From Candidatus Woykebacteria bacterium (GTDB taxonomy: Bacteria; Patescibacteriota; Microgenomatia; Woykebacterales; RBG-16-39-9b): 64,000 nt of DNA. The position numbers were made by a program, and so were the translations under genes. Location: contig JBBDPN010000001.1 of the NCBI GenBank assembly GCA_040876265.1, forward strand, positions 374,208-438,207. The letters are read 5' to 3'. Below the pieces are notes generated by a model. It was not told where the DNA came from and searched no databases. It saw only the letters and a list, made by a program, of their open reading frames with translations. Within the stretch, counting starts at the first letter, position 1, and each line of letters begins with the position of its first letter. Of the stretch, positions 49,169 to 57,894 are shown piece by piece.

Positions 49169-49819
49169 CTATAAATCCCGTGCGTAAACGATGACGTTAT
49201 CGAGCCTGGGGTCACCCCGCACTACGTGTGAGGCAACTACTGGAAACACACTACGGACTAGATCTTCAAAATTATTTTGCTCTTCCTTACCTGAAAAAAT
49301 TTTATTTATACTTAAAACCCCACCAGGAGCAAGAATATTTTTGATGTCTGATAAAAATTCTTTTCTTTCGATGTCCTCGGGTATTTTTCCGGCGATAAAT
49401 ACATCCAGACAGATCAAATCGTATTTAAACCGAACGCCCTTAACAAACTCCTTCGCATCGGCGATGTGCACATTTAGGTTGGGCTCGTTTACGTAAAAAT
49501 ATTTACGACCTATGTCGACTATTAAAGGGTCAATATCAACTCCATCGATAACCAATGGGCCAAATTTCTTAGAAAGAATTTTTGCGCTTGTACCGCCACC
49601 AAGCCCTAGGATAAGAACCCGGCTATCTGCGCTCAAAGATAAATCCTCTGGAACCATGTCGTCCCAGCAACCCTGACCTGTCCTTCCGTTTGATTTTATC
49701 GTTTGGCTTTGGGTATGACCCCCAGCAACTAACCTACGAACACCAGAATTTTCGGTTACTTTTACATCTCCGCTGTAGCTACTGTGGCCTTTGAATATTG
49801 TCTTTTCCCAAATACTCAT
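49169..49819 (-). CDS. Spermidine-synthase-like class I methyltransferase domain
   Basis: LILGLGGG, VDIDP, ADA, YDLICLDVF. Confidence 0.75.
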   Translation of the reverse strand: MSIWEKTIFKGHSSYSGDVKVTENSGVRRLVAGGHTQSQTIKSNGRTGQGCWDDMVPEDLSLSADSRVLILGLGGGTSAKILSKKFGPLVIDGVDIDPLIVDIGRKYFYVNEPNLNVHIADAKEFVKGVRFKYDLICLDVFIAGKIPEDIERKEFLSDIKNILAPGGVLSINKIFSGKEEQNNFEDLVRSVFPVVASHVVRGDPRLDNVIVYARDL

Positions 49820-51014
49820 GAAGGACTTTTGGTAATTTTATAGACCCATCTTTCTGCTGATGATTTTCCAAAATAGCCACAATAGCACGAGAAAGAGCTA
49901 TCGCGGTACCGTTTAGGGTGTGGACAAAATTTGTTCCTTGATCACTTCTAAATTTTATGCTCAGTCTACGGGCTTGGTAATCGGTGGTGTTTGAGGCACT
50001 AGTTAGCTCTCTGTATTCTTTATTAACTGGGTCCCAATACTCCAAATCATACTTCAAGTATGCCGGAGCGCTCATTTCCCCAGCGCAAATACTTACTATC
50101 CGGTAGGGGATTTCCAATGATTGATAAATCTTTTCCTGAAGCGAAACTATCTCCTCAAAAGCTGCCTCAGAATCATCAGGCTTAACAAATTTAAACATCT
50201 CCACCTTATCAAACTGATGAACTCGAAAAATTCCGTGTGAGTATTTACCATAGCTACCGGCTTCTTTGCGAAAAGAGGTGGAGAACCCTACGTAACTTTT
50301 GGGTAAATCTTTTTCATTTACGATCTCACCTGCGTACATAGCCGTAATTGGTATCTCGGCTGTTGCCGCTAAGTAAAGGTCTTCGCCCTCAATTTTGTAA
50401 ATATCCGGTTCCTCACGCCGTGGTAGATAACCAGTTCCTTCAACAAATTGTCTCCTCACCAAATCCGGAGGCAGAACTGGAATAAAACCTTCTTTGGTAA
50501 GCAGATTCATCACCCAATTTACCAAGGCAAGTTCCAGACGGGCTCCGTCACCAAGTAGATAATAAAACCCATGTCCAGAAGATTTAGCAGAAAACTCTTG
50601 GTTAATAATGTCAAGATTTTTGCCGATTTCAATATGATTTTTTGGCTTGAATTCAAAATTCTTGGGACTTCCCCATTTTTTAAGCTCTTTATTATCCCTT
50701 TCATCCTTCCCCTCTGGTACTTGTGGGGAGAGAAGGTTTGGCACCCGCTCTAGGTGGTCTTCTAACTCCTCCTCGACCACCCGCAGCGAACCTTCCAGTT
50801 CGGATAGTTTTTCTTTTACTTCTCTGCCTTTTTTCTCGTCGTGCCCATCCGCCGCAGATTTCTTTTCTCCTCTTAGCTCGTCCACTTCTTGGATCAACTT
50901 GCGTCTCTGTTGGTCTTTTTCAACCAAGTGCGCCAACGGCACGTTCATACCTCGTCTTTTGACTGTATTTTCAACCTCTTTTTGATTTTCCCGAATAAAT
51001 CTTATGTCTAACAT
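49779..51014 (-). CDS. serS: Serine-tRNA ligase
   Basis: MLDIRFIREN, ATAE, FRKEAG...GIFRVHQFDKVE, HTLNGT. Confidence 0.97.
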   Translation of the reverse strand: MLDIRFIRENQKEVENTVKRRGMNVPLAHLVEKDQQRRKLIQEVDELRGEKKSAADGHDEKKGREVKEKLSELEGSLRVVEEELEDHLERVPNLLSPQVPEGKDERDNKELKKWGSPKNFEFKPKNHIEIGKNLDIINQEFSAKSSGHGFYYLLGDGARLELALVNWVMNLLTKEGFIPVLPPDLVRRQFVEGTGYLPRREEPDIYKIEGEDLYLAATAEIPITAMYAGEIVNEKDLPKSYVGFSTSFRKEAGSYGKYSHGIFRVHQFDKVEMFKFVKPDDSEAAFEEIVSLQEKIYQSLEIPYRIVSICAGEMSAPAYLKYDLEYWDPVNKEYRELTSASNTTDYQARRLSIKFRSDQGTNFVHTLNGTAIALSRAIVAILENHQQKDGSIKLPKVLHEYLGKDNIQRPQ

Positions 51015-51018
51015 AAAT

Positions 51019-51064
51019 TTTTAGCCCACTTCAGTGGTCGCCCGCCTGTCGGACGGTCAGGCAG
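51019..51064. repeat. Third copy of the TTAG(T/C)CCAC-N3/4-GTGGTCGC motif plus adjacent GCCTG...CAGGC palindrome, just upstream of serS
   Basis: ttttagcccacttcagtggtcgc resembles 56082-56105 and 53612-53635. Confidence 0.55.
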
Positions 51065-51132
51065 AACGCGATAATACTGAACTGAAAAATCTCGTGTTTT
51101 GAAGTATTGAACGTCCTATATCCAACATAAAT

Positions 51133-51702
51133 TCACAAACCTAAATCTTTACTAAAACCTTTCATCGCATCTAACACTATATCAGCAAATTTCTCCAGTG
51201 GAATGTTTAGCTCGGTTTCGCAAGTTTTTATTTGATCGCGGTTGGCACCTTTAGCAAAGGCTGGTTCTTTGAACCTTTTCAAAACTGATCCAGCGCTCAA
51301 ACCTTCCAACTTTTTATCAGGACGCACTAGTGCTGCTGCTACGATCAACCCGGTCATCTCGTCAGCCGCATAAATAGCTTTTGCCATTAGGGTCTCCCTG
51401 GGTTCTTTGTCGGCGTGCCCACGAACTGCGTCAATTACTATCTTCGGTGCATCAATCTCCCTCAATTTCTTTGTTGTTTCTTCAGTGTGTAACTCTAGCG
51501 ATTTATTTGTAGATTCGTAGTCAGCATCGTGCAGCAAACCTACTATCCCCCATTCTCCCCTACTCCCTGCGTCAATTTTCTTATCCTTATCAAGGTAATC
51601 GTAGAGACCGGTCATCGCAACCTCGGCGGCGAAACAGTGGTTACGAATATTTGGGCTTTTGACTAATTCATCCACAATCTTGATAGCTTCTTCACGCGTC
51701 AT
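51133..51702 (-). CDS. HDIG/HD-domain metal-dependent phosphohydrolase
   Basis: H...V, GLLHDADYE, ADEMTGLI.A.ALVRP, FAKGANR. Confidence 0.88.
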   Translation of the reverse strand: MTREEAIKIVDELVKSPNIRNHCFAAEVAMTGLYDYLDKDKKIDAGSRGEWGIVGLLHDADYESTNKSLELHTEETTKKLREIDAPKIVIDAVRGHADKEPRETLMAKAIYAADEMTGLIVAAALVRPDKKLEGLSAGSVLKRFKEPAFAKGANRDQIKTCETELNIPLEKFADIVLDAMKGFSKDLGL

Positions 51703-51738
51703 AGTTTTTACGTTTTCGCACCACGAAAAGGCAAGGTT

Positions 51739-51783
51739 CCTTAGCTGAAGATGTAAAATAATTCTTACATCTGAGGCTGAGGG
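51739..51783. repeat. Intergenic hairpin (REP-like)
   Basis: CCTTAGC/GCTGAGG outer arms and AGATGTAA/TTACATCT inner arms. Confidence 0.55.
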
Positions 51784-51786
51784 TTC

Positions 51787-52011
51787 TTATTTTACGTAAA
51801 TGATTTCTTCAGCTCGTTTCGCAAATCCCTTGGGTACAAGAATTGTTTTTGAACCCTCGGGCACACCAAATACACCCGCGGAGGCGCTTTCTGCGCCGAG
51901 TCTTGCCGGTATATCATGCTCTCTTAGTTTCTCCAGTAACATTGCGACTATAGCCGCATTGGTACCGGTATAGACCCTTACTTCAGCTAGTTCTTTCTCT
52001 TCGTTTTCCAT
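51787..52011 (-). CDS. DUF2007-like small protein
   Basis: 74 aa, L.E.DIPA...ILVP...AKRAEEII pattern. Confidence 0.6.
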   Translation of the reverse strand: MENEEKELAEVRVYTGTNAAIVAMLLEKLREHDIPARLGAESASAGVFGVPEGSKTILVPKGFAKRAEEIIYVK

Positions 52012-53553
52012 TCAGGCCCCCGCTACTTTACCAAATCTTTCTTTGACAAAATTTTTATCCAAGCTCAGTATCAGCCAAGCTGCTTTTGGGCCAGACGTTT
52101 TACCAAGTAAGCTTTTGTAGATTGCTTGGAAGGTCTCTCTAGAAGACAAACCAAAATCTTTACCTGCCTGGTAGATATCATTTTGAAACTTATCTGGATC
52201 GCTTGTTTTTCCCAAAAGCTTGCTTACCTGGTCAAGAAGTTTTTTCTGACTCTCCGAAAGATCATCTGCTGCGGCTGGAATGGCCTCCTTCACACTGAAT
52301 TTAATTTCCTCTGGTGCAAATCTAGCCAGATATATTTTAACATATACCACCCTTTCCTCTAATGCCCGCTTATCTTCTTTTGTTAACTTTCCGCCTTTTT
52401 TATTCTCTGCCTCTTTTTCTAAGTCAACATTGGGCATCTGAACCAGGTTTACCAGATCGGAAAATCTGGGGACGAAGTGGCTTTTCGCACTATTACTAGC
52501 GGTTGAAAGTTCCCAGATTCTCTTCAGGGAGAGGTCTTGGCTATCTCTTGCGCTATCAAAATCATCAAAAAGCTTTGGAATAGTGTTCTCGCTTTCAGGA
52601 TTGAAGTCTATATGCTGCATGGGACGAGGACGAACCATAAGAAACCTTAGCAGCTCTGCTGGGATTATTTCAGCTACGTCTGCAGCCGAAGCGCCCACTC
52701 CCTTTGAACTACTCATTTTTCTACCTGAAAATAAGAAATGTTCGTATGGAATATCGTACGGTGGCGGAAAAGAGAAAATTTCTTCGGCGATAGCGTTGGC
52801 CGTGTCGCGGCTACCTCCACGACTAGCGTGATCTTTTCCTTCTCCCTCTACCGTAACCCCAAGAGCAGCCCATTTTGCCGGCCACTCTACTCTCCAAGGA
52901 AGTTTCCCAGTAGCAGCTAGGGGATCTACTTTGCCTTTGTGACCGCACCCGGCTGCCCATGCTACCTTTTTTTCTTGACACTCGTAAGAAACGTACCTGC
53001 CATCCCAACCGTTTGCTACTGTAGTACCGATTTTTCCGCAATTTTCACAAATTGGTTGAAACGGTATGTAATCGCGTGGCCGGCGAGAGCCGGAGACTTT
53101 TTCGTAAATCTCTTGGATTTTCTCGGCATTATCAAGGGCGAGACTGATCTGTTTATTCAAAGTACCCTCTTCATAGAGTTTTGAATTCCAAAGGATCTGC
53201 GGCTTAGCGTCGAGTTTGTTGAAAACACCAATAAATTCATTGGCGTAGTGTTCTGCGTATGAACCTTCGCCTTCCGGTGACGGGATATTTTTTAGGGGTA
53301 CGCCCATATATTTTTTATACTTTTCGGCCGGTAAATAAACAGGGAGATCGTCCATTGGGTCAAGATCATCAATGATAAAGGTGTAACGAGCCCTGGCACT
53401 TTGCTCCTTTAAAGTTTTGTAAACCAAATCGTGAATTATCACACCACGAAGCGCACCGACGTGAACTCTACCTGAAGGGGTCTTGGCGTCATCTACTAGT
53501 TGCGGTTTGCCTGTAGAGGCAAGTTCTTTAGCGATTTTATCAGCCCAGAACAT
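52012..53553 (-). CDS. lysS: Lysine-tRNA ligase, class I
   Basis: MFWAD, TPSGRVHVG, GKLPWRVEWPAKW, GKDH, KMSSSKG, GPKA. Confidence 0.95.
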   Translation of the reverse strand: MFWADKIAKELASTGKPQLVDDAKTPSGRVHVGALRGVIIHDLVYKTLKEQSARARYTFIIDDLDPMDDLPVYLPAEKYKKYMGVPLKNIPSPEGEGSYAEHYANEFIGVFNKLDAKPQILWNSKLYEEGTLNKQISLALDNAEKIQEIYEKVSGSRRPRDYIPFQPICENCGKIGTTVANGWDGRYVSYECQEKKVAWAAGCGHKGKVDPLAATGKLPWRVEWPAKWAALGVTVEGEGKDHASRGGSRDTANAIAEEIFSFPPPYDIPYEHFLFSGRKMSSSKGVGASAADVAEIIPAELLRFLMVRPRPMQHIDFNPESENTIPKLFDDFDSARDSQDLSLKRIWELSTASNSAKSHFVPRFSDLVNLVQMPNVDLEKEAENKKGGKLTKEDKRALEERVVYVKIYLARFAPEEIKFSVKEAIPAAADDLSESQKKLLDQVSKLLGKTSDPDKFQNDIYQAGKDFGLSSRETFQAIYKSLLGKTSGPKAAWLILSLDKNFVKERFGKVAGA

Positions 53554-53611
53554 ATAGTTTAAGTATAATCCCCTCCGTAACAAAAATCCAAGAATTATTG
53601 GTACTCTTGGG

Positions 53612-53635
53612 TCTTGCGACCACTTTGTGGACTAA
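53612..53635 (-). repeat. 24-bp inverted repeat, left copy
   Basis: TCTTGCGACCACTTTGTGGACTAA; its reverse complement matches 56082-56105 at 23 of 24 positions. Confidence 0.85.
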
Positions 53636-53732
53636 TCTCGGAAAGCAACATTTGAGGCAAGAAAAGTTGGTGGAGCCCCTGGCAGCAAAAGCCGCAAGAG
53701 GCTCCGTCACGGGTCTCTCAACCAACCTCCTC

Positions 53733-54620
53733 CTAATTGTGATCTGATCTGACTGGTTCTTCTATTCCGTAGGCAGCAGCTAAATCCCCTCTCAACCGTT
53801 CGTTGGTAAGGTATGCGAAGGCAACCTTGCGGAACCACTCGACGATCAGCGGATCGTCCGTCTGGTCACCAATGTCCCGTGCTGGTTGGAAGTAGTGCAG
53901 CTGACGAGCAAAGACTGCCACTCGGTCCCTACCAAGATGGAATCGGTCATAGAGATAAAGGATTAGCCTCCTTCGTCTATCATCATACCCAGAGGTCAGT
54001 GAGAAGACGAAGGGCCTCTCGCGTTTCCACTCCCTAAGAACCCTCCTTCTTTCACTACGGATCGAAGCTGGCTTAAAGCTCTTGACCCTTCTCCTTCGCT
54101 CAGCCGGTCTTGTTGGAAGAGGAGTAAACCGCGACATGTCGAAGGTCATAACCTCCGGAGTCTCATGAACCCCGAGCATCAACAGGAGTTCGAGAAGCTC
54201 TCTGTCGTCGAAACCCATCAGCTCCTTATACGCTTTAGCGAGCTCCCGAAGTCGCTGGGTATGCTGGGCGGCTGTTTCAGTCACTCCCACGTCATCATGA
54301 CCTCTACGCAACACGAGCTCTAGGATTCCACCAAGTAGCGGCTCCACGAACTCCCCGTCCAATTTGAGAAGCTCGTTGTCACTCACCTCCTCACGGAATT
54401 TACCCCACACCACAGGATCCTTGTGGTCGCGTTCGAACGGATCCTTCTTCGTCCCAATCCCCCCAAGAAATCTACGGGAAATCAATTCCCAGATGCTAAG
54501 CTTGGGCGGAGGAACGAATGGTTGGGACGAGTTGTCCTTTAGGCTGACTGCGAACGTGGCGATCAGGCTCAGGATGAAGCCTATCCCCACTACACGCAAA
54601 ACCCGACTTATGGGCTTCAC
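53733..54620 (-). CDS. GC-rich, N-terminally membrane-anchored divergent HD-domain protein
   Basis: N-terminal TM, ETAAQHT and GVHETPEVMTFD aligning with ESVAxH / HD..E...GD of HD_3 enzymes; strong GGAGGGAGG SD. Confidence 0.55.
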   Translation of the reverse strand: MKPISRVLRVVGIGFILSLIATFAVSLKDNSSQPFVPPPKLSIWELISRRFLGGIGTKKDPFERDHKDPVVWGKFREEVSDNELLKLDGEFVEPLLGGILELVLRRGHDDVGVTETAAQHTQRLRELAKAYKELMGFDDRELLELLLMLGVHETPEVMTFDMSRFTPLPTRPAERRRRVKSFKPASIRSERRRVLREWKRERPFVFSLTSGYDDRRRRLILYLYDRFHLGRDRVAVFARQLHYFQPARDIGDQTDDPLIVEWFRKVAFAYLTNERLRGDLAAAYGIEEPVRSDHN

Positions 54621-54671
54621 TTGAGCCTCCCTCCTTTCCTTAGGGATTATTGGCGATGTAGGTTAGTTAGT

Positions 54672-55994
54672 TTACTTGGTTAACCGTGCTTTGTCAACGC
54701 TCTTGGAAGCCTGTTTACCCCCGTAATACCATTTGTCTACATTTTCAACGAAATCAATAAGTACAGAATCATCAACTAAAGTCTTCAGTTGAACCCAGTA
54801 TGGGTCAATACTTGGCTTATAGATACCTTCATTTTTGTAAACTATCGCCTGTAGTAGCTTCTCAATACGATCCACCTGCCTCACCAGACGACCTTCCTTC
54901 GAAAAACCTTCTTCGTATTCAAACCACAGAGATCGAACTTCATCTTGAAAATCGATTGGGAGATATTTTAAGATTTTATCCAGCGCCTTTTTCTCGGCGT
55001 GCCTACGCTCAACCGTTAGATGTCTCTTTTCATCCCCAGTTCTCGTCGGCCAAACCTCAAGAATTGATTTATCTTTCTTTAAATCCTTTGTGATTAAATC
55101 GTCGAAAGGCGTGGTATCTCCAGCGTACACGGTTACAAAATCATGAACCAAGGACATCTTTATCAACTTTTCAACGTCAAATCTTCTTCTACCCCTCAAA
55201 ATCCAGGCCATAAGAGCCAGACGAAAAGAGTGAGCAGCTACAGACTCGGTGTCCCCTTCCTTTGCTCCACCGTACATCCAACCAATCCTTTTTATTGTTT
55301 TAAGTTTTCCAATAGAAGTTAAAAATTCTATCAGGCGGACGTTTTTTCGGTTTTTTGCCTTTTTTGGCGCACCTTTCAAAAAATATTCTTCAACACTGAC
55401 GGCAAAGTTCAAAATATTCTTATCATCCGTAATTTCGCTTACTTGGTACAGGAAAGGCTCTATAAGCTCTTTGCTCAACTCATTTTTGTATTCCAGCGCT
55501 TGTATTAAGTTTTCGATTCTATCTAGTACTTTAAGCGCTTTTGCTTCTTTCGAAGTTTTGTTTTGAAAATCGTACCAAAGTGAGATCAACTCATTTTTAG
55601 TTAGATCCGGCAAATTATTAAACAGTTGTTTGACAGCTTTCTCTTCCTCCTTAAATCTTTGCGTTATGATCCTCCCTTTTTCGGTCACCGGCGCTCGTAG
55701 TTCAAGGGCTGGATATTTTTTTAGCAGCTCTTTCTTGGATTTTATAGCCAGCAGTTTATCGTAAGGGCTAATATAATCTATATGGACAGCGGATAAGCTG
55801 TGAACCAAACCAAGTTTTAAAAGTCTTTTAACATTAAGTCTTGAGTTTCGACCGAAAACCCAGGCTAAAATTAAAACTCTAAAAGCGTGGTCGGCTACAG
55901 ACTCAGGCTTCTTAATACCCCGCAATACCCAACCGCGTCTTTTTATTGTTTTAAGCTTTCCTACCTCTAGGAAAAAATCGATAAAAGCTTCCAT
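54672..55994 (-). CDS. Tandem HD_3 (YfbR/HDDC2-like) domain protein
   Basis: Two copies of GKLKTIKR.GW...ESVA.H.FR; HSL in domain 1, HDF in domain 2; DRIE in both. Confidence 0.85.
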   Translation of the reverse strand: MEAFIDFFLEVGKLKTIKRRGWVLRGIKKPESVADHAFRVLILAWVFGRNSRLNVKRLLKLGLVHSLSAVHIDYISPYDKLLAIKSKKELLKKYPALELRAPVTEKGRIITQRFKEEEKAVKQLFNNLPDLTKNELISLWYDFQNKTSKEAKALKVLDRIENLIQALEYKNELSKELIEPFLYQVSEITDDKNILNFAVSVEEYFLKGAPKKAKNRKNVRLIEFLTSIGKLKTIKRIGWMYGGAKEGDTESVAAHSFRLALMAWILRGRRRFDVEKLIKMSLVHDFVTVYAGDTTPFDDLITKDLKKDKSILEVWPTRTGDEKRHLTVERRHAEKKALDKILKYLPIDFQDEVRSLWFEYEEGFSKEGRLVRQVDRIEKLLQAIVYKNEGIYKPSIDPYWVQLKTLVDDSVLIDFVENVDKWYYGGKQASKSVDKARLTK

Positions 55995-56081
55995 AACAAA
56001 TCATTAAACTGGAAGCACTATTATAGCAATTTCTTTAATAGAGTGGAAATTTACGGAAAGCCTAATTTATTTTCAAGATTT

Positions 56082-56105
56082 TTAGTCCACGAAGTGGTCG
56101 CAAGA
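56082..56105 (+). repeat. 24-bp inverted repeat, right copy
   Basis: TTAGTCCACGAAGTGGTCGCAAGA. Confidence 0.85.
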
Positions 56106-56115
56106 GGCTGGAAAT

Positions 56116-56577
56116 TTAGTTAATTTCTAGTATCTTATAAGTAGCTTTTATCGTGGAGGCAACAGTAACTACATCTCCAACTTTGGAACCGATGAGAGCT
56201 TTGCCAACTGGGCTTTCGTTGGAAATTTTACCTTGCATAGGATCTGCTTCAACAGAGGAAACAATTATGAACTCGTCTTCTTCGCCGTTCACATCCACTT
56301 TTACTCTGGCACCAATAGCTACAGCATTAGCCCCTTGGTTTTCCTCGATCACTTGATAGTTACGCAGTATCTCCTCAAGCTCCAATATTCTACCCTCGAC
56401 AAAAGACTGCTCTTCGCGGGCCGTATCGTACTCAGAGTTCTCGCTTATGTCGCCGTACTCTCTGGCTTTCGCAATACGAGCCCCTACCTCTTTTCTTTTT
56501 TCACTTATAAGGTAGTCGTGTTCTTTTTTTAGCTTCTCTAGCCCTTCGGCTGTTAAATATATTTTGTCTTTTGCCAT
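56116..56577 (-). CDS. greA: Transcription elongation factor GreA
   Basis: LTAEG, AREYGDISENSEY, ISNESPVGKAL; ATG at 56577. Confidence 0.96.
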   Translation of the reverse strand: MAKDKIYLTAEGLEKLKKEHDYLISEKRKEVGARIAKAREYGDISENSEYDTAREEQSFVEGRILELEEILRNYQVIEENQGANAVAIGARVKVDVNGEEDEFIIVSSVEADPMQGKISNESPVGKALIGSKVGDVVTVASTIKATYKILEIN

Positions 56578-56605
56578 ATTACTCTTTCTGCGGGATTTTT
56601 GGGAC

Positions 56606-56633
56606 AAAAAAAGCCCGCCTCGTTCGGGGACTT
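56606..56633 (-). terminator. Intrinsic-terminator-like hairpin in the greA leader
   Basis: Minus strand AAGTCCCCG-AACGAGG-CGGGC followed by a T7 run. Confidence 0.5.
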
Positions 56634-56690
56634 CATTGAATTATCGAGCTTTATTCAATACTCAAACCCGAGTGGTCCAAGTACTTCAGA

Positions 56691-56719
56691 ATAATAGCAG
56701 GAGGCTCATATTTTGTCAA
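56691..56719 (-). promoter_or_regulatory. Sigma70 promoter for greA
   Basis: TTGACA-17nt-TATTAT with extended TGn. Confidence 0.7.
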
Positions 56720-56786
56720 GGATCAAGCTTGCGCAGCCGCGCGTTGATCACGAACTTAAACTTATGTTAAAATAGTCACCTTACAG

Positions 56787-56863
56787 GGCGCGTTAGTCTA
56801 GTGGTCTAGGACGCTTGGTTCTCAACCAAGAGATCAGGGGTTCGAATCCCCTACGCGCTACCA
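56787..56863 (+). tRNA. tRNA-Glu (CTC)
   Basis: Full cloverleaf: GGCGCGT/ACGCGCT acceptor, CTTGG-TTCTCAA-CCAAG anticodon arm, AGGGG-TTCGAAT-CCCCT T-arm, encoded CCA. Confidence 0.96.
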
Positions 56864-56892
56864 AATACGGTGGTCAGACCCGCCAGTAAATC

Positions 56893-56960
56893 GCGGGTTC
56901 GCAGTCCTCGCTTAGCGAGGTCGCAGGACGCGAAGCGGTCTAATCCCGCCGGGGTCACCA
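56893..56960 (+). pseudogene. tRNA 3' half (T-arm + acceptor strand + CCA) interrupted by a 40-nt T-loop insertion
   Basis: GCGGG TTCG [56902-56941] AAT CCCGC CGGGGTC A CCA. Confidence 0.7.
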
Positions 56961-56987
56961 AGACGGGCACCCTATGGTGACCGTCTT
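56960..56987 (+). terminator. Hairpin after the tRNA half
   Basis: AAGACGGGCACC-CTAT-GGTGACCGTCTT; no strong U tract. Confidence 0.4.
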
Positions 56988-57385
56988 CCCTCAAACAGCT
57001 TTAACTAGCTTGCAAAAAGCCCATTTTTTATCTTTTCAATTCGGACCGGAATTTTTCCAATTTGCCCAAAATTTCGTGCCTGAGCTAGGACTATGGATTC
57101 GAACCAAATGAAGTAGGTAAAATCTCTCTATCGCCGACTCTTTCATTTATCGTCCGGCTGGTGACTTGACTGCATTTTTCAGTTTTGAATGCACTTCACG
57201 GTTAGATAACTTAGTAGTTTCTTTATTTGTCAAACCTATTTTAGCTTCCATATACGCATAAATTATCTCATATTTAGCCTTGTTTTTGAAGTTAAACAAA
57301 CAATCGTGGTAAAATCTGCCTACCTTTTGTCCTAAAGAATTATAGGTATTACCACCTGTGATATTAGCAATGAGAGCTAAAAACT

Positions 57386-57889
57386 ATGCCGGATATGATA
57401 GAGAAACTTAAATTAGTTTTAATTGGCAAAACTTTGTTTGACCGAATAATGATTTTATTGCTGGTTATTGTTTTAGCTGTTTTTGCTTTGTATTTTGGTT
57501 TCCTTGCTGACGTAGGGACTCACAGCAGATACTTTGCCCGGAGAGACTTCAACAATGCTTTTGCCGCTAGGCAGACCGGTAATTGTGACCTATTCGAATC
57601 ATATATGGTCAATGATCAGGACAAGTGGAACGATAGGTGTGTTGAGGAAAGTAAATCGGTTGATGAAAAAGCCTCGATAGAAAGTTTTTCCATTGAAAAC
57701 ATCACAGTCAATGGCAACAAAGCCTTCCTACAGGTCAAACTAAAAAGAGATTTGTTTGGTGTAGAGTTGGAGGAGGGCAAAAAATTAGATTTAGATTATA
57801 CTGCTAACTACACAATGGAAAAAACCAATGAAAGGTTTTTTGGTATTCCTAAAACAAAATGGGTTATTACGAACAAGGTTGATAATTAG
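57386..57889 (+). CDS. Membrane-anchored hypothetical protein (possibly NTF2-like)
   Basis: N-terminal TM, two Cys, ENITVNGNKA...KWVI. Confidence 0.6.
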   Translation: MPDMIEKLKLVLIGKTLFDRIMILLLVIVLAVFALYFGFLADVGTHSRYFARRDFNNAFAARQTGNCDLFESYMVNDQDKWNDRCVEESKSVDEKASIESFSIENITVNGNKAFLQVKLKRDLFGVELEEGKKLDLDYTANYTMEKTNERFFGIPKTKWVITNKVDN

Positions 57890-57894
57890 AATTT

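Noticed and set aside
53540-53725. 61-aa Cys-containing ORF after a GGAGGAGG site
   Set aside because: No SD spacing to the TTG, it runs through the inverted repeat into lysS, and it has no recognisable motif
51015-56690. T-box riboswitches ahead of lysS or serS
   Set aside because: No GGTGGNACC T-box consensus in the leaders; the GTGGTCGC repeat occurs in both orientations
57081-57106. Minus-strand TGGTTCGAATCCA...CCTAGC resembling another tRNA 3' remnant or att site
   Set aside because: Only a 3-bp clean T-stem, acceptor spacing is off and there is no CCA; too weak to call
57146-57251. 34-aa minus-strand ORF MEAKIGLTNKE...
   Set aside because: Short, with no motif or supporting context
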